50,310 nucleotides of DNA from Thermoflexus sp. (GTDB lineage: Bacteria > Chloroflexota > Anaerolineae > B4-G1 > SLSP01), in contig DYKY01000008.1 in assembly GCA_020722365.1 (NCBI GenBank), forward strand, positions 1 to 50,310, read 5' to 3'. The notes beneath the pieces are model-generated. The model ran no database searches. It was not told the DNA's origin and saw only the letters and a program-made list of their open reading frames with translations. The first letter of the stretch is position 1; the number at the start of each line of letters is the position of its first letter. The position numbers and the translations under genes were made by a program. Positions 7,549 through 15,889 of this stretch are shown here, one piece after another.

Positions 7549-10500
7549 TACGCTACCTCCTCTTCTTTGGTTTGCGTTTTTGATATTTGGATGGGTTGTT
7601 TGAGAATGTGCCGGTACAGGTCAATCACATCGAAATACGATCCATTGAGGATTGCATGATGGATAACCTCACTTCCATTGAAATCCTGCGCCACGGTCTT
7701 TCCGACTAACCAGCGATATGGCTCAGCCCGTGCGCCGTCGGAGTTCTTCGCCAGTTCCCAGGCCTCCCACTTGCGAGCGAGCAACGTCGTCGCCGCCTGT
7801 AAGCGCGATTCGGACATGCCGGGAACGTCGCATATCGTCTCCCACACGTGCGCCAGATCGCCGACGCGCTCCAACAGATAGGGGCGCGGGCTGTGTCGCG
7901 CGCCCAACAGCGGGTGTGGGCGGCGGTTGCGCGCTTCGGGATCGGCGCTCAAGTGCGCCTCCAGGCGGCGGCTCACCGTATCCAGGGAGATAAAATCGAA
8001 CAAATTGGGCAAAAAGCCGATGGTATCGCCCGCTTGAACTTGCGAGACGTGTACCCAGCGTCCGTAAGGGCCAAGCAGGCTCATCCCGCGCTCTTTCAGG
8101 TTATCGCCGTTTCTCACCAGCATGTAAGGGTGATAGTAATCCGGCGCATCGTTGCCCAAACGCGCTGACACACGCCATTGCCAGGTTCCAAAGCGGTCGC
8201 TCTCCATGTGCAGTGTATAGTCCTCGCCATCGCCGGCAGATGCGGGATGCGTCTCGATCGCTGTTACTTTCGCTTCCGTCCAGAGGTTCCCCAGGTCGTC
8301 GAACGTCTCCGCAAAGCGGCGGGCTGTATCCAGCGCGGCGAACATCGGATAGTGCGCATCCATAAAGACCAGCCCCACGTGGAATGGCAGTCGGCCCTGC
8401 ACTTTGCTGAATTCCGCAGCATAGGCGGTTTGCATCTCCTGCGCAATCGCCAACGCCTTATCGGCGGGGACCATTGCCAGCAGCAGGTTAGGACTGGCGG
8501 TGATGACCTGGAAGGGGATGTAAGGTTCTTTGTCTACCTGCACAATGGTATAATCGCCGCCGAGCGCGGCATTGTTTTCTCCCGCCTGGAATCGCAGCGG
8601 CGCGCCGGTTGCCGCTGCCGCGCGGAGGCTTTCGATCTGTTCCGTCGTCACAGGGGTCGTCGTTTGGATTTTTCCATCCCCCCGCACCAGGATTTCAATC
8701 GTACCCAAAGTGGGCAGGTCGGCAGTGTAGTAACCCTTTTTCGGCGCGGTGCCCCACAACGTCAAAACGGCGCGCTGGCGCTCCGGGCCGACAGCGGTTT
8801 TCAGCGCCTTGGCCTGGTCTTGTAAGAATTCTTCAGTGGTTTGCCAGACACGCAACAACCGTGCCGCTGAGAGGTTCTTGCGAGTGACAGCAAGTAGAAG
8901 CGCATCATTATCTGGCAGATAGTAATCCTTAGCTATCCCCGCAGCAATCTTCAATGCTTTGCTCAATCGACCGTACTTCTGCAGATAACGTGCGATGCGT
9001 GCTTCAGTAGAAAGCGGTTGCTGTTGAGCCTCTTGAAGCTTCGTATAGAGACTTTGTGCTTCTTCCTCAAAGATAGCAATTTGAGCTTCCTGCTCTACCG
9101 TTCTACTATTGTTCTCGCGGAGGTTGTGCAGTTTAGCGCACTTGCTTTGCAGAGCAGATTTAGCCTGCTTTATAGCGGCCTCATACGCTGCTAGCTCTGC
9201 TTGCACAGCTTCTGTTGGGGCAACCAGTGTGCCCAGACGTTGCCAATTCCAATCTAGGGCATCTACAATATCCTCGCTCTGCGCCACATCCTGTGGTGAA
9301 GTAATGAACAACGTATGTAGCAGGTCACCCTTCAACCAATCCTCCAGGTCAAAACGGGCGACGATAAGCGCCGTTTTGCCGCGTGCGTCGGCAATCTCAC
9401 CGGTTTGGAACGTCCCACTCTGCTCTCGCCGCTGTTGCGCTCCTGCCCGGCGTCGTTTCGCGCACCAATCGCACAAGGAAGCGTCTCCAGGCGATGGGCG
9501 CTGATGACATACCGGGCAGAGTTCCGGCTTAATATCCCCTTGCCAGGTGGCTACCCATTCCGGCGCGCCGACGACGGGCAGTGTTTTACGTGCCTCCGCC
9601 ATCTGTCGCGCCAGCAGGGTCACGTGCTCGGTCGGGTCGCTCAACGTCACAACCGGCAGCAGCTCGCCGCCGCTCTTTGCATTGACAATCTCGCGCACCC
9701 GCGTGAACAACACATCTTTCTCTGTCTTCCCCTGTTCTATCTCTGCCTCCCACTTGAGATCGGCCACCAGGAAGTGAATGCCATCGTCGTCCTCGTAAAT
9801 GCGGTTGCCGATGGCATATTCCGTCTCGATGGCATCGCGCAAAGCATCACGCACGTCCGCCAACAATGCCGCGCGTCCCGCGACGTCAGAGAGACGGGCG
9901 AAGGGGGTAATGGCTCCCCACGAATCCCATTGCACAGTGAGAAGGCGGAAGGCATTACTTTTGCCAGGTTTTCTTTCTTCTTCCGGCAAAAGCTCATTGA
10001 TCAGATCGCGCGCCACAAAGGCTTTGAAGCGACTGGCGACACCCCAGACGTGCTGGTCCAGGCGTATGTCGTTGGCGGCGCGTTGGGTTTTGCCGAGGCT
10101 CAAGCGAAATACCGCCCCCAAATGCTTTTTCCATAAGTGTGTGCGGTCAAAAGATGGGAAATCTGTATCTGGTTGACATAGCAAAGCTTCAAGTTCCGGG
10201 TATAATGCTTGCCGTTTATCATCCAGTTCTACCAATGCAAGGGGTTCCTCACAACCAAACACGGTAGTGCTCTGCACTGGCGCTGGCTGAGATAAGTCAG
10301 CGGCGTTATACTGATCCTCAGCTGAATCGTTGCCATCGGCTTGTTTGAGCAACTTCAGCAAGTGCGATTTGCTACTGCGATGATGTTCGCTAATTAGGAG
10401 GCTTAACGTCAAATCTCCCAGCGGGGTAGGATGCGGCTGAATCATCCAGGCGTTTAGCTGGTCGCTTAACGGGTTTCCTGCTGCCTCAGAATCGTATTTC

Positions 10501-10757
10501 AACACACAACCATGCACCCATTTCACTTCAGGCGGCTCACTACAAGCCGTTTTTTCCGGACAAGGGTTGGGTTTTCTTTCTGCGCCAGCGATAGGTGGGG
10601 ACATTGCCTCTTCATCTACATCACCATACGCCGCATCGGTCTTACTCTCCACAAAACCTCGGCTCAGCTTGCCCAAATCGTGCAGCCAGGCGCCGAGTTC
10701 GGCCAGCAGGACGGTCTCGCGGTTCGCTTTTGCGCGTTCCAAGAGGGATTCAGGCAT
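7548..10757 (-). CDS. cas10: Cas10 (Cmr2-like) large subunit with an HD domain, a zinc finger, large insertions and a degenerate cyclase motif
   Basis: 1069 aa. HD motif WLHDLGK (aa 24-30) plus SEHH and KQADGNDS. Palm1-like IYEDDDGIHFLVAD. Zinc finger CPVCHQ...CDWC. Palm2 start VARFDLEDW. Where GGDD is expected, upstream of the conserved LLAMVPADKAL, the sequence reads ITASPNL (aa 752-758). Followed by GRLPFHVGLVFMDAHYPMFAALDTARRF. Confidence 0.85.
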   Translation of the reverse strand: MPESLLERAKANRETVLLAELGAWLHDLGKLSRGFVESKTDAAYGDVDEEAMSPPIAGAERKPNPCPEKTACSEPPEVKWVHGCVLKYDSEAAGNPLSDQLNAWMIQPHPTPLGDLTLSLLISEHHRSSKSHLLKLLKQADGNDSAEDQYNAADLSQPAPVQSTTVFGCEEPLALVELDDKRQALYPELEALLCQPDTDFPSFDRTHLWKKHLGAVFRLSLGKTQRAANDIRLDQHVWGVASRFKAFVARDLINELLPEEERKPGKSNAFRLLTVQWDSWGAITPFARLSDVAGRAALLADVRDALRDAIETEYAIGNRIYEDDDGIHFLVADLKWEAEIEQGKTEKDVLFTRVREIVNAKSGGELLPVVTLSDPTEHVTLLARQMAEARKTLPVVGAPEWVATWQGDIKPELCPVCHQRPSPGDASLCDWCAKRRRAGAQQRREQSGTFQTGEIADARGKTALIVARFDLEDWLKGDLLHTLFITSPQDVAQSEDIVDALDWNWQRLGTLVAPTEAVQAELAAYEAAIKQAKSALQSKCAKLHNLRENNSRTVEQEAQIAIFEEEAQSLYTKLQEAQQQPLSTEARIARYLQKYGRLSKALKIAAGIAKDYYLPDNDALLLAVTRKNLSAARLLRVWQTTEEFLQDQAKALKTAVGPERQRAVLTLWGTAPKKGYYTADLPTLGTIEILVRGDGKIQTTTPVTTEQIESLRAAAATGAPLRFQAGENNAALGGDYTIVQVDKEPYIPFQVITASPNLLLAMVPADKALAIAQEMQTAYAAEFSKVQGRLPFHVGLVFMDAHYPMFAALDTARRFAETFDDLGNLWTEAKVTAIETHPASAGDGEDYTLHMESDRFGTWQWRVSARLGNDAPDYYHPYMLVRNGDNLKERGMSLLGPYGRWVHVSQVQAGDTIGFLPNLFDFISLDTVSRRLEAHLSADPEARNRRPHPLLGARHSPRPYLLERVGDLAHVWETICDVPGMSESRLQAATTLLARKWEAWELAKNSDGARAEPYRWLVGKTVAQDFNGSEVIHHAILNGSYFDVIDLYRHILKQPIQISKTQTKEEEVA

Positions 10758-11877
10758 GGTGACCTCCTTTTGTAGTGGTCAATAATCGTATTTCAGCAGC
10801 CCAATCACGCAGGGTCAGTTGTAAATCGGCAAAGGTTTCCGGCTCACTTTCGACCTGTCCTGCCGCCTTGATGCGCCCCTGGTACTCCTGCGCCGCAATG
10901 GCGGTCTGGTATCGCGCAAAATCCGGCGGCTCCAATAACTCCTGCCATTCCACTGCGGTCCACTCATCCAGGGAACCAAACTCTTCTTCGAACTGACTGG
11001 CCACTAGAGGCTTGCGAATTGGGGCGAACTTCGCTACTATCCGTCCGGCAGGCTGGCGGTCATGTTTTTTGACCTTCTCAGCGGCGAATTTCTCATGTGC
11101 TATACCGTGTCCACTACTTGTCTTTGCGCCAAATCCATAAGTACAGAAAAGCAACGGCAGTGCTTTTGCCAACACTTCCCAGTCTTCCGCTACTGTCACT
11201 AACAAGGTCTCATCGTCTCTGTGATGCTTCCATTGCACCAAAGGAAAGTACAGCAGTGAGAAAACGCTCGCTGCGCCGGCCGGCACACTTTCCATAAGGA
11301 TGGGGTTTTTGCCTACTTTACGCTCGCGGTCGTGTGGATTAATGATTTCTACGCCTTGTTCGGTGAAGAAACTAGGAAAAAACTGAAGCCGCCCGGCGAC
11401 AAATTCCTTTTGTTCTTCCTTTTCATTGCCGAGCAAGCGTTGGATGACTGGACGCGCCCCAGCATCGTCGGCTGCCAGCTTGTCCAAAGCAGCCCGTAAG
11501 CTTCCTTTCCACGCTGTTGGGGCAACGCAAGGTAATTGTGAGAGTTTGTCCCGCCGCAATGGATTGTCAATGATATAAAAAGCGCGTTCATCTTTGGAGA
11601 GATACGCGCCAGACAATCGAAAACGGAATTGAATAAACAGCGTGTAATCCGGCAACACGGTCAAATCTACAGTAGGCGCAACCATCCACGGCCAAAACGA
11701 CCACTCTGGGACATCCAACCTACGTTGTTCCAGGCGATGCCTGGCCCATTCTTCACGAATACTCTCAGCGTCTTTCCGCTCCTCTATTTTCGAAGCATAA
11801 TAACGTGCAGTTTGCTTGCTGTTGTCTGCTTCGGCCTCTGCTGAGGGAAGTATATTGACCAGAAATTCATAGCTCAT
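10750..11877 (-). CDS. cmr6: RAMP protein, Cmr6-like by position, with N- and C-terminal extensions
   Basis: RAMP motifs CVAPTAWKGSLRAAL and YGFGAKTSSGHGI. 375 aa. Overlaps the cas10 start by 8 nt and the cmr1 stop by 4 nt (ATGA). Confidence 0.6.
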   Translation of the reverse strand: MSYEFLVNILPSAEAEADNSKQTARYYASKIEERKDAESIREEWARHRLEQRRLDVPEWSFWPWMVAPTVDLTVLPDYTLFIQFRFRLSGAYLSKDERAFYIIDNPLRRDKLSQLPCVAPTAWKGSLRAALDKLAADDAGARPVIQRLLGNEKEEQKEFVAGRLQFFPSFFTEQGVEIINPHDRERKVGKNPILMESVPAGAASVFSLLYFPLVQWKHHRDDETLLVTVAEDWEVLAKALPLLFCTYGFGAKTSSGHGIAHEKFAAEKVKKHDRQPAGRIVAKFAPIRKPLVASQFEEEFGSLDEWTAVEWQELLEPPDFARYQTAIAAQEYQGRIKAAGQVESEPETFADLQLTLRDWAAEIRLLTTTKGGHHA

Positions 11878-13094
11878 TGAATACCTCCTGAAGTCAACTC
11901 AAGCAAATCTCGTCCGAATGTTTTCTGACTCGGAGATGCTGCAAAGACTACTTGCATATACTCCTCACACAAAGAACACAACTCTTCCACACCAATTATC
12001 GCTCGTGGAGCAAAACCAAAAATTACCAGGCGATAGTCTGTATCTTCCTTCAGCGGCATGCTAAAACAGATATGACTGGCTGTGCGTAAGTCATCGCTAA
12101 CTTTGACCGTCTTGCCATAAGCATTTTTCCATTCAGAGCGCGGCCCCATGAGGTTATCCAACGGTCCGAGCATTGATGGATCATCACTCTCCTGCCAGCC
12201 TTTCTCGTCTCGTAGCCAGCGCCGCAGTCCCAAAGGCGCTTCGCCTTTGTATCGCAGATCAAAGGCGCAAGGGATATACCTATCCTCTGTCTTTTTCGTG
12301 ACATTGCCACAATGTGCATTAGGCCGCATAAAGCGATGTAAGACATGTGGGGGCAGGTAATACGTCAAGTGGAAAAAATTACGCAAGTCATAAGCTGTGG
12401 ATTGCATCGGAGCAGTTTGGCATAATCCCCCACCTTCCAATTTAGTTTTGAGCAGCCTCAGACCCTCCTGAACTGAGGTCTCAGCCAGTTTCGGCGGCAA
12501 TACTAAATCAGCGATCTGTCCAAACCCATGCTGTAGTCGCGCTCCCAGTCCTCCATACTCAACGATGAATCTGAACAATAGAGCCAGTTGCGACTGCACA
12601 TAATCAGTGTCGTGACCCCGTAACACAAGATTGAGGGTCGCTGCACCATAGGGTACCTCTAGCGCCTCTATACTATCACCTTGCTGTGGGTCACCCTGGA
12701 AAACCTTTCTTAGCCAGTTCTTGTTGATATCCAAGGTCGTGCGGAAATGTAGCGGTGTTCGTTCTACATGGACAACCTGGAGACGGAACAAACGCGCCCA
12801 ACCCGTAGCGCCAAAGAGATATTCCACAGCCCCTAACGATTTCAACCCTGCGGCTAAAGCTTCCGCTTTTGCGTTCCCATGACGCAAGGTATCCTGGTAA
12901 GCTTTGCTGCCAAACTCGCAGCGATACTCTCTTTCATCCGTCGTGGGGTTGCTGACATATCCATCCAACCCGCGCACAATTGCCTCGTACCACCAGCGCA
13001 GGCTGCCCAGCAGCCCGGTCACTTGTACGCGGTTGGCATGTTTGCTGGCATCCGCCGTCCAAAGTGGGGTCACAAAATTCAAGCTCACTTGCAT
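11874..13094 (-). CDS. cmr1: RAMP protein, Cmr1-like
   Basis: N-terminus LNFVTPLWTADA...VTGLLGSLRWWYEAIVRG matches the Cmr1 pattern (G.lR.W.Ra). Second G-rich loop EYGGLGARLQHGFGQI. GAAGGAGG ribosome-binding site before the ATG at 13094. First gene of the operon. Confidence 0.7.
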   Translation of the reverse strand: MQVSLNFVTPLWTADASKHANRVQVTGLLGSLRWWYEAIVRGLDGYVSNPTTDEREYRCEFGSKAYQDTLRHGNAKAEALAAGLKSLGAVEYLFGATGWARLFRLQVVHVERTPLHFRTTLDINKNWLRKVFQGDPQQGDSIEALEVPYGAATLNLVLRGHDTDYVQSQLALLFRFIVEYGGLGARLQHGFGQIADLVLPPKLAETSVQEGLRLLKTKLEGGGLCQTAPMQSTAYDLRNFFHLTYYLPPHVLHRFMRPNAHCGNVTKKTEDRYIPCAFDLRYKGEAPLGLRRWLRDEKGWQESDDPSMLGPLDNLMGPRSEWKNAYGKTVKVSDDLRTASHICFSMPLKEDTDYRLVIFGFAPRAIIGVEELCSLCEEYMQVVFAASPSQKTFGRDLLELTSGGIQ

Positions 13095-13309
13095 GGATTA
13101 CCTCCTTCATACAGCCCATAGTAAAAAGTGGATACTTTTCGAAACCGTGCTGCCTTGAGAAATTCGTCTGGCCTGACAGCGTCGAACAGATTGAAGCAGA
13201 AGTGATAGTGTCGGTGAAGGGTAAAAAAACGACAAAACTTATTATGGTTAATCGCCTTGCAAAAAGGAACCCCTCTCTTCTCGGAGATGGATTTGCTCAC
13301 CTATTATCG

Positions 13310-15379
13310 TCAGTCCGAATCGTCTAGCGCCTGAACCACAACAATGCTGTGCTCTGTCACGCGATAATAGTAGTCTTCAATCACAGGCGCCGCGTTTGGA
13401 AGGCAAAAATCGTCGGGAGAAGGCAACGCGGTATCGATAATGCGGCGCCAATGCACATTTTCGAGCAACGGCGGCAATTCAAATGTGAGTGGTTCCCAGT
13501 ACGCATTGAGCATCACGTGTAAATGCTCATCAAATGCCCGATGCTGCAATTCGAACGCCAGACTGTGCGATATCGACCGCCAATCTGGTTGACCCAGGTG
13601 GATGCCGTGCCAGGTCAGTCGCGTCCCATGGTTGTTGGCATTGGTGGACCAAAACTGCTCTTCACGGAAGACCTCCAGCTCCTGCGTATACTGGATGAGT
13701 TGGCGCACAAAGCGCAGAATCCCCGCGTGACGCTGTACATCGTCCCAATCGAACCAACTGATCTCATTGTCCTGACAATAGGCGTTGTTGTTCCCGCGCT
13801 GTGTTCGCCGCACCTCGTCGCCCATCAACACCATCGGCGTGCCCTGCGAAAAGAACAAAATCGTGATAAAGTTCTTGATCTGCCGCAAGCGCAGCGCTTG
13901 GACCTCTGGATCGAACGACGGACCTTCGACGCCGCAGTTCCAACTGAAATTGGCGTCGGCCCCGTCGAGGTTGTACTCAAGGTTTGCGCCGTTGTGCTTC
14001 TTGTTGTAGGAGACCAGGTCGTTGAGTGTGAACCCGTCGTGGCAGGTGACGAAGTTGATGCTGCGGTTCGGCTCGCGATCCTCCTGCGGGAAGAGGTCCG
14101 GACTGCCGGCGATGCGCGCGGCCAACCGTTCCACCGTTCCCTCGTCGCCCTTGACGAAGCGGCGCACGTCGTCGCGGAATTGCCCGTTCCACTCCGCCCA
14201 GCGGTGGCCGATGAACGAGCCAAGCTGGTACAGTCCCGCCGCGTCCCACGCCTCGGCGATGATCTTCGTGCCCGCGAGCACCGGATCCGACTCGATTTCC
14301 CACAAAATCGGCGGGTCTTCGAGCAAACGCCCGCGCTTGTCACGCGACATCACCGAAGCCAGATCGAAGCGGAAGCCATCGACGTGCATCTCGGCGCCCC
14401 AGTAACGCAGGCAGTCAATGATCATGCGCCGTACGATTGAGTTGCTGGCGTTGATCGCGTTGCCGGTGCCGCTGTAATCGGCGTAACGCGCCTGATTCTC
14501 CTGGAGCAGGTAATAGGCGCGATTCTCCAATCCGCGGAACGACAGCGTCGGCCCGGTGTGATCGTTCTCGGCAGTATGATTGAAGACGACATCCAGGATC
14601 ACCTCGATGCCCGCCCGGTGCAACGCCTTCACCATGTCGCGGAAAGCATCCACCGGCCCCAATGGATCGCTGTTGTGACAATATCCCTGGTGCGGCGCAA
14701 AGAAGGCAAGCGGGCTGTACCCCCAGTAATTGCTCAAACCCCTGGGCGCATCCTGCGGATCGAATTGCTGCACCGGCAGTAGTTCCACAGCGGTGACGCC
14801 GAGCGATTGGAGGTAGGGGATTTTTTCGATCACGCCGGCATACGTCCCACGCTTCTCCGGCGCGACACCCGAACTGGGATGTTTGGTGAACCCACCCACG
14901 TGCATCTCGTAGATGACGGTGCTCGCGTATGGATGCACCAGTGGCCAGTCGCCCTCCCAATCGTAGGCGCGCGTATCGACGACGACGCTCTTCAGCGCGT
15001 GGGCGGCGTTGTCGCCGCGCCGTTTGGCCGCCTCGCGGTCGTAGTGCGCGCCCATCGCCACCGCGCGCGTGTACGGGTCGAGCAGGACTTTCGTCCCGTC
15101 AAAGCGCAGGCCCTGCTCCGGCACAAATGGCCCATGCACGCGATAGCCGTACAACTGCCCGGCCCCAATCCCACGCACAAAGGCATGCCAGTAGTAAAAC
15201 GTGCGGTGCTTTTGGGGATCGAGGTGAATGACGTGAGAGGGCCGCGCGGCGTCCACGTCATCGAAGAGCAACAGCTCCACCGCGTCGCAGTTCTTGGAGA
15301 AGACGGAGAAGTTCACCCCCCACGGGTATACCGTCGCCCCCAGCGGAAAACTCTGACCCGCATGGACATCTATCGCCAT
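13310..15379 (-). CDS. glgX: Glycogen debranching enzyme (GH13 isoamylase type)
   Basis: 689 aa. N-terminus GQSFPLGATVYPWGVNFSVFS. GH13 catalytic regions VDGFRFDLASV, IAEAWD and FVTCHDGFTLNDLVSY. AAGGAGG ribosome-binding site. Confidence 0.9.
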   Translation of the reverse strand: MAIDVHAGQSFPLGATVYPWGVNFSVFSKNCDAVELLLFDDVDAARPSHVIHLDPQKHRTFYYWHAFVRGIGAGQLYGYRVHGPFVPEQGLRFDGTKVLLDPYTRAVAMGAHYDREAAKRRGDNAAHALKSVVVDTRAYDWEGDWPLVHPYASTVIYEMHVGGFTKHPSSGVAPEKRGTYAGVIEKIPYLQSLGVTAVELLPVQQFDPQDAPRGLSNYWGYSPLAFFAPHQGYCHNSDPLGPVDAFRDMVKALHRAGIEVILDVVFNHTAENDHTGPTLSFRGLENRAYYLLQENQARYADYSGTGNAINASNSIVRRMIIDCLRYWGAEMHVDGFRFDLASVMSRDKRGRLLEDPPILWEIESDPVLAGTKIIAEAWDAAGLYQLGSFIGHRWAEWNGQFRDDVRRFVKGDEGTVERLAARIAGSPDLFPQEDREPNRSINFVTCHDGFTLNDLVSYNKKHNGANLEYNLDGADANFSWNCGVEGPSFDPEVQALRLRQIKNFITILFFSQGTPMVLMGDEVRRTQRGNNNAYCQDNEISWFDWDDVQRHAGILRFVRQLIQYTQELEVFREEQFWSTNANNHGTRLTWHGIHLGQPDWRSISHSLAFELQHRAFDEHLHVMLNAYWEPLTFELPPLLENVHWRRIIDTALPSPDDFCLPNAAPVIEDYYYRVTEHSIVVVQALDDSD

Positions 15380-15889
15380 CTTATCCCTCCTTCAAGAGCA
15401 AACCACGAATCTCGCCAATCCACGCGAGTTTTTCTCGAAATATTAGCGGAAATTCACGTGATTCGCGGTTGAATTCCTACGCGCGTAGTGACGAGGTTGC
15501 CGCATTCGTAGCGCCGCAGGCCCGGCTGCTTCTCCGTGGTCACGAATGTTTTCGTCAAGTCGGTGACTTCGATCATCCTGCCCGCCTCCATCCACATCTC
15601 TACTCCCATTCTAGCCCAAGTTAGGCGCGATGCAAAGTAGAGAAACCCCATATAGAGATATATCAATAGACTGCGATCATGTTCATCCTTTAACCTACAC
15701 GCAGGCAGCATAAAGCGTTGTATAATACCCCAACACGGTTTTGGACTGTCGATTTCGAACTTTGGCACTTTGACTGCGAGTCACAATATTTTACTATGCG
15801 AAAAATAGCGTAAAAAACAATCCTTATCCTGTATTTAGATTTGGGCTTCAAATTTTGGATATTTTTACGGTTGACTAAGGAGTTTTACT

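Noticed and set aside
8541-8561. GGDY (Cas10 aa 733-736, in ALGGDYTIV) as a possible displaced cyclase motif
   Set aside because: It lies about 20 residues upstream of the position fixed by the conserved LLAMVPADKAL context. It lacks the second acidic residue and is preceded by insert-type sequence, so it is unlikely to be the Palm active site.
13085-13300. 71-aa minus-strand ORF in the glgX-cmr1 spacer
   Set aside because: It overlaps the cmr1 start and RBS, sits in AT-rich probable promoter DNA, and has no RBS or motif. I also could not identify a convincing -35/-10 pair for the cmr operon here.
15454-15768. 104-aa minus-strand ORF whose C-terminal part (ATG at 15576) reads MIEVTDLTKTF..., like the N-terminus of an ABC ATPase
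   Set aside because: Only about 11 residues resemble an ABC N-terminus. No Walker A follows and the ORF ends after 40 codons. It could be a gene remnant, but the evidence is too thin to call it a pseudogene.
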